NCBI GenBank assembly: GCA_963827755.1
Contig: CAWHCQ010000004.1
Span: 32,001 to 96,000 of the forward strand
Source of the DNA: an uncultured Gammaproteobacteria bacterium
GTDB lineage: Bacteria > Pseudomonadota > Gammaproteobacteria > UBA9214
Length of the DNA stretch: 64,000 nt
Reading direction: 5' to 3'
The translations under genes and the position numbers were made by a program. The notes beneath the pieces were generated by a model. It was not told the DNA's origin. It ran no database searches and worked only from the letters and a program-made list of their open reading frames with translations. This document shows, in pieces, positions 30,881 through 42,100 of the stretch (position 1 is its first letter; every line of letters starts with the position of its first letter).

Positions 30881-32190
30881 GGTTCAGTCCGGGTTCGTTC
30901 CTGTGAATGTGGTTCTGGTGCTGGTGGTGCGAGCAGGGGCAGGGTAATACGTACGGTTGTGCCGGCCCCGGTCCGGCTTTCTGCCAGCAGCGTGCCTCCC
31001 AGCCGCTGAATGGTTGCCTGTGCAAGGTACAGGCCAACACCAAGCCCCTCTGTCTTGGTGCTGACCGGTGTTTTTCCAAGCTGACTGTGTACCTCCCTGT
31101 TCAGTCCCGGTCCACGGTCGAATATTGCCAGTCTCAGTGCGGTTGCCGACCAGTCCGCTTCCAGTGTTACGTGATCCGGTGAGGCATCGGCGGCGTTATT
31201 CAGAAGATTGACCAGTGCCTGTGTCAGGGTACGCTCGGCGATGATTTCGCTGGCGGGGCCGGAGCGGTCTATAACTGACTCCAGTGTGGCCGCCTGCCCC
31301 TGGGTTTGCCATTGTGCAATGACCTCATCAAGATAACTGCCGACCGGCATGCGGTGGCCGGCTTCTGCGCGCCCGGCCCCGGCGGAGACGGAAATGACCG
31401 AGAGCGCTTCCTTGCAGCGCCTGATTTGCTCCTCCAGGATGCCAAGTTTTTTGTGCAGCTCGGGATGCGCTTCATCGGTGTATTGTTTTTCGAGTTCCGC
31501 AGTGAGGATTGCCATGGTGCCCAGCGGAGTACCCAGTTCGTGGGCCGCACCGGTTGCCAGTGTGCCCAGTGCGATCAGGCGTTCATTCTGCAGGGCGCTC
31601 TCGCGCGCCTCTGCGAGCTTGCGGTCGCGCTGTCGCAGGCTGTGTGCCATGCCGACAATAATGACGGCTACAATACCGGCGCTCATGACGAACCCCAGCC
31701 ACATGCCGAAGATATGCATCCGGAAGCCAGTCGCGTGGTGGGCGTGTTCGGTCCCGGGTGTGCCGATAAAGAACAGGGCCGAATAACTGGCTACGGTAAT
31801 GACCGCCATCATCCATGTATGGCTGCGCGGCAGAATGGTGGCGGCAATCATCAGTGGCAGCAGGTAAAACCATACAAACGGGTTGGATGCGCCACCCGTG
31901 AAAAAGAACACGCCGGTCAGCCCGGCGACGTCCAGCAACATTTGCACAAAGAGTTCACGGTCGCTAAATCGATGCCCGGTTTTCAGTCTGATCCAGGTGA
32001 AGACATTCACACTGATAATCAGGGCAAGCAGAACCAGCAAGGCACGCAGCGGCAGGGCCAGGTCAAACAAAATACCGGCAACTGCTATACCCAGGGCTAT
32101 TGCGGCAATTTCAATATTGCGCAGCGTGAACAGGCGGTTATAGTTCCGGCGTGCTGTTTCTTCCGCGCTTGTGTCCATACCCGGTTTCAT
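30877..32190 (-). CDS. regB: RegB/PrrB-type sensor histidine kinase
   Basis: TM region with GGASNPF quinone-binding motif, AAHELGTPL, N/G boxes. Confidence 0.88.
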   Translation of the reverse strand: MKPGMDTSAEETARRNYNRLFTLRNIEIAAIALGIAVAGILFDLALPLRALLVLLALIISVNVFTWIRLKTGHRFSDRELFVQMLLDVAGLTGVFFFTGGASNPFVWFYLLPLMIAATILPRSHTWMMAVITVASYSALFFIGTPGTEHAHHATGFRMHIFGMWLGFVMSAGIVAVIIVGMAHSLRQRDRKLAEARESALQNERLIALGTLATGAAHELGTPLGTMAILTAELEKQYTDEAHPELHKKLGILEEQIRRCKEALSVISVSAGAGRAEAGHRMPVGSYLDEVIAQWQTQGQAATLESVIDRSGPASEIIAERTLTQALVNLLNNAADASPDHVTLEADWSATALRLAIFDRGPGLNREVHSQLGKTPVSTKTEGLGVGLYLAQATIQRLGGTLLAESRTGAGTTVRITLPLLAPPAPEPHSQERTRTEP

Positions 32191-32376
32191 ACCCCGATAA
32201 TGCAGTGGACGATGCCGCCCGGCAACCCGGGTGGTTTGTGCTTAAATAGCGTCAAACGACGCCAGGAATCATCCCCTTCACAGGGATGGCGTCTCATCCT
32301 GAATTATTTTATAGTATCAACAGGTTGCCATGGTTCCCCCGGGTAATGGCAAAACCCTCACCTGAAAGAATAAATC

Positions 32377-33285
32377 ATGGCAGACCGCAGATTACAGGTA
32401 TTTCACACCGTTGCTCGCTTGCTGAGTTTTACCAAGGCGGCCGAGAGTTTGCACATGACCCAGCCGGCGGTGACCTTCCAGGTGCGTCAACTGGAAGAAT
32501 ATTTCAATACCCGCCTGTTTGACCGGACCCATAACCGCATCAGCCTGACCGAAGCCGGCAAGCGCGTTTACGAGTATGCGGACCAGATTTTCGATCTTTA
32601 CGCAAAAATGGATAACGCGGTCCGTGATATAACCGGCGAGATCAGCGGTGTCCTGATCATCGGTGCGAGCACCACCATTGCCGAGTACATGCTGCCCTCG
32701 CTGCTGGGAGATTTCAAAAAGAAGTACCCGGATGTCAACGTTCAACTCAGGGTCTCCAACTCGGACGGTATCGTGACCATGGTGGAGAATAACGACATCG
32801 ATCTTGGCGTGGTCGAGTCGGCGGTCCTGAACAAGAACCTGGTCGTGGAGGAGTGTCGCAAGGACCGCCTCGTTGCGATTGTACCGCCACAGCATGCGCT
32901 GTCGGGAAACACTAAAATCAGTCTCAAGGAATTGCTCGAGCATGACTACATTGCACGTGAAGAAGGTTCCGGTACACGCGAGGTGATCCATGAACACCTC
33001 TCGGATGCGGGCCTGAAATCAGCGGATCTGCATGTGGCTATGGAACTCGGCAGCCCGGAAGCGATCAAGGGTGCGGTCGAGGCGGGCATGGGGGTCTCGA
33101 TCGTTTCAGAGGTGACCATCCACAAGGAACTGCAGCTCGGGACCCTGGTTGCGCTCGAGTTGAGCCCGTCACTGGAACGACAGTTTTCGTTTGTTCACCA
33201 GAAACAGAAATTCCGTCAGCGTGCCATGGACGAGCTGCTTGCGTTTGCACGCGCCTATTGCCTGTCACACAAAGACGACCACTGA
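32377..33285 (+). CDS. LysR-family regulator (CysL-like)
   Basis: SFTKAAESLHMTQPAVTFQVRQLE, GASTTIAEY, REEGSGTR. Confidence 0.92.
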   Translation: MADRRLQVFHTVARLLSFTKAAESLHMTQPAVTFQVRQLEEYFNTRLFDRTHNRISLTEAGKRVYEYADQIFDLYAKMDNAVRDITGEISGVLIIGASTTIAEYMLPSLLGDFKKKYPDVNVQLRVSNSDGIVTMVENNDIDLGVVESAVLNKNLVVEECRKDRLVAIVPPQHALSGNTKISLKELLEHDYIAREEGSGTREVIHEHLSDAGLKSADLHVAMELGSPEAIKGAVEAGMGVSIVSEVTIHKELQLGTLVALELSPSLERQFSFVHQKQKFRQRAMDELLAFARAYCLSHKDDH

Positions 33286-33416
33286 ACAGGCTGTTGCATA
33301 TAATCCCTGCGGCCGTTCGTGCTGCGTGCGTCCTGCGGGATTGGAACAGGGTGCTGGCGGGCGCATAAACACCGAATTTCACTATCCTCCTTCCAGATCC
33401 GGTATACACTCTGCAG

Positions 33417-33788
33417 ATGGAAACAACTGAAAAACACCTGCTGCAACTCTTCAGTCAACTTGCTGCAGGGGACCAGGCCACCCTTTTGGCCTTTGCCGAG
33501 TTTCTTTATGGCCGGGGTTCTTCCGGGGAAACGATGGCCGCACCGGAACCGGTGGTGATTGAGGAACCGGGACAGATTGAACGGCCGGCAGAAGAAAGCA
33601 TTGTCGGCTGCCTGAAGCGCCTGGCGAATACCTATCCGATGCTGGACAAGAATGTAATGCTGAGAGCAACCTCCGAACTGGTTGCTACAAGCCTCATGAA
33701 AGGTGGAGATACTGTTGCAGCGATTGATGAGCTCGAAGAGATTTTCCGGATACAATATGAGCAACTCAGGGCAGGGACGGGAAAGTAA
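33417..33788 (+). CDS. hypothetical protein
   Basis: 123-aa ORF (TLLAFAEFL, RPAEES..KRL..TYPML) ending 3 bp before the AI-2E gene. Confidence 0.7.
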   Translation: METTEKHLLQLFSQLAAGDQATLLAFAEFLYGRGSSGETMAAPEPVVIEEPGQIERPAEESIVGCLKRLANTYPMLDKNVMLRATSELVATSLMKGGDTVAAIDELEEIFRIQYEQLRAGTGK

Positions 33789-33791
33789 GGG

Positions 33792-34871
33792 ATGAATATC
33801 CTGCGTATATGGTACCACCGATATTTTTCGGATCCCCAGGTGGTTATCCTCGGTGTGCTGCTGCTGGCGGGTTTTGCGGTCATACTGACGTTTGGCCAGA
33901 TGCTCGCACCGGTACTGGCCGGTATCGTGATTGCCTACCTGCTGGACGGCGTGGTGGAAAAATGTAACCACCTGGGCGCGCCGCGCTTCTCCGCGGTTGT
34001 GCTGGTGTACGTTTTGTTCATGTCATTTATCCTGTTCGCTGTACTCTGGTTGATGCCGCGTTTGTATTTCCAGGTCACGCAACTGGTGTCGCAGCTGCCG
34101 ACAATGATTGCCCGGGGCCAGGACGTCCTGCTGCAATTGCCACAGCGCTACCCGAGCCTTTTTACCGAGGCGCAGGTCAGCGATATTCTTACGGCAATAC
34201 GCGCCGAAATCACTGCCCTGGGTCAGCACGTGCTGTCCCTGTCGGTGGCGTCGGTGTTCGGGCTGATCACCCTGATGGTGTACATCCTGCTGGTGCCGAT
34301 ACTCGCTTTCTTCTTTCTCAACGACAAGCAGCACATCCTGGACTGGTTCAGCCAGCGACTGCCGGCGCAGCGCAGCCTGGCGAACCTGGTCTGGAGCGAT
34401 GTGAACCTGCAGGTCGCCAACTATGTACGTGGCAAGGTGTGGGAAATCTTTATTGTCGGTGCCGTGGCCTTTGCCATCTTTTCATTCCTGGGCTTGCAAT
34501 ATGCCTTGCTGCTTGCAACCCTGGTCGGTTTTTCGGTCATCATTCCCTACATCGGCGCAGCGGTTGTGACGGTGCCGGTGGCGATCATAGGCTGGTATCA
34601 GTGGGGCTGGAGTGCTGAATTTGGCTGGTTGATGCTGATCTACGGAATATTGCAGGCGCTCGATGGCTATTTGCTGGTGCCGTTGCTGTTTTCCGAGGTG
34701 GTCAACCTGCACCCGGTGGCGATCATTATCGCCATTCTCGTGTTTGGAGGCCTGTGGGGTTTCTGGGGTGTTTTCTTTGCCATCCCGCTCGCAACGCTGG
34801 TGCAGGCGGTGCTCAATGCCTGGCCGCGCAAAGAAAAAACGGAGAATGAACCTGTAGCGGGAACCAACTGA
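33792..34871 (+). CDS. AI-2E family (PerM) transporter
   Basis: YFSDPQ, NYVRGK, IPYIGA, LVPLLFSEVVNLHP, FFAIPLA. Confidence 0.92.
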   Translation: MNILRIWYHRYFSDPQVVILGVLLLAGFAVILTFGQMLAPVLAGIVIAYLLDGVVEKCNHLGAPRFSAVVLVYVLFMSFILFAVLWLMPRLYFQVTQLVSQLPTMIARGQDVLLQLPQRYPSLFTEAQVSDILTAIRAEITALGQHVLSLSVASVFGLITLMVYILLVPILAFFFLNDKQHILDWFSQRLPAQRSLANLVWSDVNLQVANYVRGKVWEIFIVGAVAFAIFSFLGLQYALLLATLVGFSVIIPYIGAAVVTVPVAIIGWYQWGWSAEFGWLMLIYGILQALDGYLLVPLLFSEVVNLHPVAIIIAILVFGGLWGFWGVFFAIPLATLVQAVLNAWPRKEKTENEPVAGTN

Positions 34872-34897
34872 GATGCATGTACTTGCATGTGTCACTT

Positions 34898-34959
34898 TCG
34901 CGGATGAGATCCGCTCCTGCTGTCGTACGCACGGCCGCAGGAGCGGATCTCATCCGCGA
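34898..34959. repeat. inverted pair of family A REPs
   Basis: TCGCGGATGAGATCCGCTCCTGC at 34898-34920 and its reverse complement at 34937-34959. Confidence 0.85.
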
Positions 34960-34961
34960 GG

Positions 34962-35429
34962 TTAAAGTTCCTTCACCGCATCCAGCACTTCGTCAACATG
35001 GCCGGCCACCTTTACCTTGCGCCATTCCCTTTTCAGGGTGCCCTTGCCATCGATCAGGAAGGTGCTGCGTTCAATGCCCATTACCTTGCGGCCGTACATA
35101 TTCTTTTCCCTGATCACATCAAACAGCCTGCAGGCTGTCTCATCTGCATCTGAAAGCAGTTCAAACGGGAAATCCTGCTTCGCCTTGAAATTCTCGTGTG
35201 ACTTGATGCTGTCACGCGAAATCCCCAGAATGACAGTATTGCGGCGCCTGAATGTGTTGATACGGTCGCGAAAGTCCTGTCCTTCCGTGGTGCAGCCCGA
35301 TGTGCTGTCTTTCGGGTAGAAATATACCACCACGTTTTTTCCCCTGAAATCCGAGAGTGCGATGTCCTGTTCACCGGTTGCAGGCAAGCTGAAGTCCGGG
35401 ACTTTTTTTCCAACAGAAACCTTTGGCAT
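34962..35429 (-). CDS. bcp: peroxiredoxin Bcp
   Basis: YFYPKDSTSGCTTE, ERSTFLID. Confidence 0.93.
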   Translation of the reverse strand: MPKVSVGKKVPDFSLPATGEQDIALSDFRGKNVVVYFYPKDSTSGCTTEGQDFRDRINTFRRRNTVILGISRDSIKSHENFKAKQDFPFELLSDADETACRLFDVIREKNMYGRKVMGIERSTFLIDGKGTLKREWRKVKVAGHVDEVLDAVKEL

Positions 35430-35522
35430 GATGGTGTATCTTCCTTTCCGGTTGGTGATTTACAGACTTGTTGGTCAGCCGGCGCTCCTGCAGCAATAGT
35501 AAACGCTGCTGCGCTGATTTCC

Positions 35523-36074
35523 CTAATTCTTTACCGGCTCGAACAGTGCGTCAAGATTCAACTCGTCGCAGAACTCCATGAACTCTTCACGCAAGTTCGA
35601 AATGTGGGTACTGGCGGGGACATTCACGGTCATGTGTACGGAAAACATCGGTGTCCCGGTGTGGGCGGCTGCATAGCTGGAGGTGACCATTTCCTGGATA
35701 TTGATTTTCCGCCGGGAGAAGAATCTGGCCAGGTTGTGAACGATGCCGGGCTGGTCCAGCGCGACGGCATCGACCCCGTAGGGTAGCAGGTCCTTGCGGC
35801 CTTCCTGCATGCTGGCCCGTCTCGAGATTATGGTCAGTTCGAGCCTTTCTTCCAGGCCCTGTATCTGGTTTTCCAGTTTTGCCAGGCTGCTCCAGTTGCC
35901 CCCGACCTGCAGCAGCAGGGCAAAATCGCCACCCAGGACCGTCATGCGGCTGTCGATAATCGTGCAACCGCTGCCGAGTACTGCATTGGATATTTCTTCA
36001 ATGATTCCGGGCTTGTCCTTGCCAAGGGCGGACAGCACCAGTTGACTGTTTTTTGCCGTGCTTTGATCTTTCAT
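35523..36074 (-). CDS. gcvR: glycine cleavage system regulator GcvR (ACT domains)
   Basis: G.DKPGI, DSRM, DQPGIV. Conserved bcp-gcvR/dapA-bamC order. Confidence 0.9.
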   Translation of the reverse strand: MKDQSTAKNSQLVLSALGKDKPGIIEEISNAVLGSGCTIIDSRMTVLGGDFALLLQVGGNWSSLAKLENQIQGLEERLELTIISRRASMQEGRKDLLPYGVDAVALDQPGIVHNLARFFSRRKINIQEMVTSSYAAAHTGTPMFSVHMTVNVPASTHISNLREEFMEFCDELNLDALFEPVKN

Positions 36075-36218
36075 TATTCCGGGAACCGGTTGTTTAAGAG
36101 AGCAGCAGGTGCCGTTGGCAAAAGTCTACCATTATTCCCGTATTGGTGGGTGTTTGCCTTGTCAGCCCGGGGTGCCGCCAGTACCATGTCGTTCTCGTCC
36201 GGTACGGAGATTCTGGTG

Positions 36219-37106
36219 ATGTTTCAGGGCAGTATGGTAGCGCTGGTGACCCCGATGCAGGAGGGGGGCGCTATTGATGAAGACAGTCTGCAGCGTTTGA
36301 TTGATTTTCATGTGAAGAATCATTCCGATGCGCTGGTGGTGGTCGGCACGACCGGTGAATCAGCGACCCTGAACGAGGAGGAGCACTGCCACGTAATCCG
36401 GCGGTCGGTGGAAATCGCTGCCGGCCGGATTCCGGTAATTGCAGGAACCGGTGCCAATTCAACCCGCGAGGCGATTGATCTGACCGTTTGCGCCATGCAG
36501 GCCGGGGCGGATGCCTGCCTGCTGGTTACCCCGTACTACAACAAGCCGACCCAGGAGGGCCTGTACCAGCATCACAAGGCCATCGCCGATGCCGTGCCGA
36601 TTCCGCAGATCCTGTACAATGTGCCAGGCCGAACCGCCTGTGACATGCTGCCGGAGACCGTAGCGCGACTGGCGCCGATCGAGAATATTGTCGGTATCAA
36701 GGAGGCAACCGGTAACATGGATCGTGCACGGGCCATTCTGGATTGCTGTGGTCATCAGCTGGACCTGTACAGCGGTGATGATGCGACTGCGATGGAGCTG
36801 ATTTTGCTGGGAGGAAAAGGCAATATTTCAGTGACTGCCAATGTTGCACCAAAAGCCATGCATGAACTTTGCAGCGCTGCACTTGTCGCAGATCGTGATT
36901 CGGCAACAACAATCAATGACCGGCTGGATATTCTACACAGGGCCCTGTTCGTCGAATCCAGCCCGATCCCTGTCAAGTGGGCATTGTATGAAATGGGACT
37001 GATCCCTGCGGGGATACGATTACCGTTGACGCCCCTGGCAGAAAAATTTCATGTAACAGTCCGGCAGGCCCTCAGGCAAGCCGGCGTACTCGATAACCGG
37101 GAATAA
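36219..37106 (+). CDS. dapA: 4-hydroxy-tetrahydrodipicolinate synthase
   Basis: MFQGSMVALVTP, GTTGES, YNVPGRT, GIKEATG. Confidence 0.97.
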   Translation: MFQGSMVALVTPMQEGGAIDEDSLQRLIDFHVKNHSDALVVVGTTGESATLNEEEHCHVIRRSVEIAAGRIPVIAGTGANSTREAIDLTVCAMQAGADACLLVTPYYNKPTQEGLYQHHKAIADAVPIPQILYNVPGRTACDMLPETVARLAPIENIVGIKEATGNMDRARAILDCCGHQLDLYSGDDATAMELILLGGKGNISVTANVAPKAMHELCSAALVADRDSATTINDRLDILHRALFVESSPIPVKWALYEMGLIPAGIRLPLTPLAEKFHVTVRQALRQAGVLDNRE

Positions 37107-37110
37107 CCCT

Positions 37111-38232
37111 ATGCAATTGAACACACACTCCAGAATACTTCTTTCATTGCTGGCGGGTAGCCTGTTGCTGTCGGCCTGCGGCAGCCTGGACAAGGTGGCA
37201 CCCGGCAGGCAGAAGGTTGATTACAAAAAGAGCAAGGCGACTGAATCGCTGGAAGTCCCGCCTGACCTGTCATCGCAAACGATAAATGAGGCCCCGAGCG
37301 CGCTGGATAGCGCAAGCCCCGCGCTTTCGTCATTAAACGAAGGGCTGCCGACGGGCGTATCAATGGTGCTGCCCGATCAATCGAACATGAAATTCGAGCG
37401 GGATGGTGACCAGCAATGGCTGGTAGTACAGGGCAAGCCGTCGCAGGTCTGGCCGAAGATCAGGGAGTTCTGGCTGGAGGAGGGTTTCCTGATCAAGATG
37501 GAAGACCCGCGCGTCGGCATTATCGAGACCGGCTGGTCTGAAAATCGCGCCGATATACCCAAGGGGCCGGTTCGCAATGTCCTTGGAAAGGTGATGGACT
37601 TCGCCTATTCCGCCGCCACGCGTGACCAGTACCGGGTACGCCTTGAACGGGGCGCAGAACCGCTGACGACAGAGATTTACCTGACACACCGCGGCGTCGA
37701 GGAAGTGATCAAGGGCAGTGTCGAGGACAATTCGACGGTCTGGGAACCGCGTCCCAGTGACCCGGAGCTGGAAGCCGAGATGCTCAAACGCATGATGGTC
37801 TACCTGGGTATCGAGGAACGGAAGGCCGAGACCATGCTGATGCGCAAGGCCGCTGTACAACAGCCCCGCGCCCGGATGGTATCGGTCAGGGAAGGCAGCA
37901 TGCTGGTTATCGATGAAGACTTCTCACGTGCCTGGCGTCGTACCGGGGTTGCACTGGACCGGGTCGGCTTTGCCGTTGAGGACCGCAATCGTATGGAAGG
38001 TATCTACTACGTCCGTTATAACGATCCGCTCGCAGGTCAGGACAAGGATGGCGTGTTGAGCAAGCTGGCCTTCTGGTCTTCCGATGACGAAGACGAGACG
38101 ATGCAATATCAAATCGAGGTTCAGGCGCAGGGTGCGGCAACTCACATTGTTGTCAATAATGCCCAGGGCAGGCGGGACACGTCCGCTACGGCCAAGCGCA
38201 TTCTTTCGCTGCTGGAAGAAGAGCTTCGTTAG
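37111..38232 (+). CDS. bamC: outer-membrane assembly lipoprotein BamC/NlpB
   Basis: LSAC lipobox, LEVPPDL, position after dapA. Confidence 0.88.
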   Translation: MQLNTHSRILLSLLAGSLLLSACGSLDKVAPGRQKVDYKKSKATESLEVPPDLSSQTINEAPSALDSASPALSSLNEGLPTGVSMVLPDQSNMKFERDGDQQWLVVQGKPSQVWPKIREFWLEEGFLIKMEDPRVGIIETGWSENRADIPKGPVRNVLGKVMDFAYSAATRDQYRVRLERGAEPLTTEIYLTHRGVEEVIKGSVEDNSTVWEPRPSDPELEAEMLKRMMVYLGIEERKAETMLMRKAAVQQPRARMVSVREGSMLVIDEDFSRAWRRTGVALDRVGFAVEDRNRMEGIYYVRYNDPLAGQDKDGVLSKLAFWSSDDEDETMQYQIEVQAQGAATHIVVNNAQGRRDTSATAKRILSLLEEELR

Positions 38233-38255
38233 AATGCGCGACAGAGCCGCATAAA

Positions 38256-39017
38256 ATGCGCTTTGCATCACTGGGCAGTGGCAGCCGGGGTAATGCCACC
38301 CTGGTGTCTGCCGGCTCCACCCTGGTAATGGTCGATTGCGGTTTTTCCGCCCGCGAAACAGAACGGCGCATGGCGATACTCGAGTGTTCTCCCGGTGATC
38401 TGTCGGCTTTGCTGGTAACCCATGAGCATGGTGATCACATTCGCGGGATTGGCCTGCTGGCCCGCAAGTATGATTTGCCTGTCTGGATAACCCGGGGTAC
38501 CCGCCAGGTGATGCGCGATGATGATGTGCCGGCTGTACACTATTTCGATGGTCATTCAGGCTTCACTGTCGGTGCACTGCGGGTAGAGCCATTCACAGTG
38601 CCGCATGATGCCCGTGAACCCTGCCAGTTTACCTTCGATGACGGGGATTGCCGCTTCGGGATGTTGACGGACACGGGCCGCCTGACTCCGCATATTCTTG
38701 CATGCCTGGATGGCTGCGATGCCCTGTTGCTGGAATGCAACCACGATGTTGACATGCTCATGAACGGGCCGTATTCGGCGAGCCTGAAACAGCGTGTCGG
38801 CGGCCCCATGGGGCACCTGAGCAACGCACAGGCCGGTGAGATGCTGTCGCGGCTGGATACCTCGCGTCTGCAGCACCTCGTGGCGGCGCACCTGAGCGAC
38901 AAAAACAACCGGCCGGAGCTTGCCCGCCAGGCGCTGGCCCTGGCGCTGGAATGCGAGACCGACTGGGTTGGTATTGCGGAGCAGGAAACGGGCCTCGACT
39001 GGCGGACAATCAGTTGA
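38256..39017 (+). CDS. MBL-fold hydrolase (YycJ/PhnP-like)
   Basis: LGSGSRGNA, THEHGDH, ECNHD, GHLSN. Confidence 0.9.
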   Translation: MRFASLGSGSRGNATLVSAGSTLVMVDCGFSARETERRMAILECSPGDLSALLVTHEHGDHIRGIGLLARKYDLPVWITRGTRQVMRDDDVPAVHYFDGHSGFTVGALRVEPFTVPHDAREPCQFTFDDGDCRFGMLTDTGRLTPHILACLDGCDALLLECNHDVDMLMNGPYSASLKQRVGGPMGHLSNAQAGEMLSRLDTSRLQHLVAAHLSDKNNRPELARQALALALECETDWVGIAEQETGLDWRTIS

Positions 39018-39168
39018 TTCAAGGCTGCTGAAAAATATGCACTCTGGAAGTACTTGATCAATGCATCTCCCCTGTTACTCTGATATTGTCCGGCCAGGTG
39101 CATCCTGACTTTGCATGATCCTTCAAGTATCATTCCCCGCTTCCAGTTTTCTGTCTAACGGAGTCTCG

Positions 39169-42100
39169 ATGCTGCACCTGCGCGGTGGTCCCGCACTGTC
39201 CGATTTTCGCCGGCAGAAATTACTGCTGCAACTCGAGGTTCACGTGCCAGGTGTGCGTGGCATCGAGGCCGATTACCTGCACATTGCCGAGCTCTCCGCT
39301 GCCCTGTCCGATGCCGAGCTGGAAATCCTCACACAGCTGTTGACCTACGGGCCTTCGATGCCGGGCGGCGAGGCCCTTGCCGGCTCGCTGGTGGTTATCC
39401 CGCGTCCGGGTACGATCTCGCCCTGGTCCAGCAAGGCAACCGATATTGTGCATAACTGTGACCTGGACAAGGTGCTGCGCGTCGAGCGTGGCATTGTTTA
39501 TACGCTGGAGCTTGAAGAGGGAACTGAGCTGTCCGCAGAACAGCGGGCCGCGATACTGCCGCTGCTGCATGACCGCATGACCGAAACGGTTGTATTCGAT
39601 GTTAACGATACGGATGCTTTATTCCGCCATGCCCCCCCGGCACCCTCGCAAAGCGTCGATATCCTCAAGGGCGGCCGTGCCGCGCTGGAGACGGCCAACC
39701 GCGAACTGGGCCTGGCCATGTCCACAGACGAAATCGACTACCTCGTCGAGAACTTCACGGCCCTCGGGCGTAACCCTGTCGATATCGAACTGATGATGTT
39801 CGCGCAGGCCAACTCGGAACATTGTCGCCACAAGATCTTCAACGCCGACTGGATCATCGATGCTGAACCGCAGGGTGAATCACTGTTCAACATGATCCGG
39901 GCCTCGCACCGGGCCAGTCCCGGGGGCATTCTCTCGGCCTACAGTGACAACGCAGCGGTAGTGGAGGGTTTTGTTGTGCCGCGTTTCTTTGTGGATCCGG
40001 ACAGCAATTCCTACGGTGCCCGGCGGGAAGCGGCGCACCTGGTGATCAAGGTGGAGACCCATAATCATCCGACAGCCATTTCACCCTTTGCCGGTGCCGC
40101 CACCGGCTCCGGTGGTGAAATACGCGATGAAGGGGCGACCGGGCGCGGCGCGAAACCGAAGGCCGGGCTGTGCGGTTTCTCGGTATCCAACCTGCGTATC
40201 CCCGGTTTCGAGCAGCCATGGGAAACCGATCATGGCAAGCCGGCGCGGATTGTCTCGGCACTGGACATCATGGTCGAAGGTCCACTGGGTGCCGCGGCAT
40301 TCAATAACGAATTCGGTCGTCCCAACCTGTGTGGCTACTTCCGTACCTTTGAGGAAGAGGTGCCCGCGGCGCACGGGACCGAACTGCGTGGCTACCACAA
40401 GCCCATCATGCTGGCGGGCGGCATCGGCATGATTCGTGATCAGCATGTACACAAGAACACCATTATGCCGGGTACGCCGATCGTGGTACTGGGTGGACCT
40501 GCGATGTTGATCGGGCTCGGCGGCGGTGCGGCGTCGTCGATGTCGAGCGGCGCCAGTGCCGAAGACCTGGATTATGCCTCGGTACAGCGCGGCAACCCGG
40601 AGATGGAGCGGCGTGTGCAGGAGGTGATCGACCGCTGCTGGGCGCTGGGTGATGCCAACCCGATTGTCTCGATACATGACATTGGTGCAGGCGGCCTGTC
40701 GAATGGCGTTCCGGAACTGGTGCATGACAGCGGCCGTGGCGGGCGCTTTGAATTGCGCGAGATCCCCAACGATGACCCGGGAATGTCGCCGCTGCAGGTC
40801 TGGTGTAACGAATCACAGGAACGCTACGTGCTGGCGGTCGAGCCTGCAAGGATGCCGGAGTTTATCGCCATGTGTGAACGCGAGCGCTGCCCGTATGCGC
40901 AGCTTGGCGAGGCAACGGAAGAATCGCAGCTGCTGCTGCATGACCGGCATTTCGGCAATACGCCGATTGACCTGCCGATGAGCCTGTTGCTGGACAAACC
41001 GCCGAAGATGCTGCGTGATGTGCAACGCGAGGTCATTCAGCAGCGTGAGTTCAGAACCGGCGCGTATCGATGTTACCGAGGCCGCTTATCGCGTGCTGCA
41101 GATACCCGCGGTCGCCGACAAGACCTTTCTCATCACCATCGGTGACCGCTCGGTGACGGGCATGGTGGCACGTGACCAGATGGTCGGTCCGTGGCAGGTG
41201 CCGGTGGCGGATGTGGCCGTGACGGCCTCTGATTATGAAGGCTGCACCGGCGAGGCCATGGCCGTGGGCGAGCGTACACCGCTGGCCCTGTTGCACGGCC
41301 CGGCCTCGGGCCGCATGGCGGTCGGCGAAGCGATTACCAATATCGCGGCCAGCCGCATTGAAGCCATCGACAAGATCTGCCTGTCCGCAAACTGGATGGC
41401 CCCGGCCGGGCATCCCGGTGAAGATGCACGGCTGTATGACACGGTAAAGGCCGTTGGTGAAGAACTCTGTCCGGCGCTCGGTATCGCCATACCGGTCGGC
41501 AAGGACTCCATGTCGATGAAATCGGTGTGGAACGAAGCGGGTACTGACAAGGCGGTGACCGCACCGTTGTCGTTGATTATTTCAGCATTTTCACCGGTGC
41601 TGGATGTGCGCCACACACTGACGCCGCAGCTGCGCACTGACAAGGGTGAAACCGACCTGGTCCTGGTTGACCTCGGCCAGGGGAAAAACCGCCTCGGCGG
41701 GTCGGCGCTGGCGCAGGCATACAAGCAGCTCGGTGAGCTGCCCCCGGACCTCGATGCCCCGGAGCTTTTGAAGGCATTGTTTGCCGCCGTGCAGGAATTA
41801 AACAGCCGGGGATTGCTGCTCGCCTATCATGATCGTTCCGATGGCGGGCTGCTGGCATGCCTTTGCGAGATGTGCTTTGCCGGACATGCCGGGGTTTCAA
41901 TCAGTATCGATGCACTCGGTGATGATCCTCTTGCCGCCCTGTTTGCGGAAGAGCTGGGCGTGGTGATCCAGGTGAGACGTGCAGACAGGGATAATCTCCT
42001 GGCCGCCCTTGCTGCCCGCGGTCTTGAAGGGCTTGCACACCTGCTCGGTACCCTGAATGACACCGACCGGGTTGAAATTACCCACCAGGGCCACGCCGTC

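Noticed and set aside
41030-41070. Programmed frameshift or natural split in purL
   Set aside because: No slippery heptamer seen, and similar indels affect many unrelated genes
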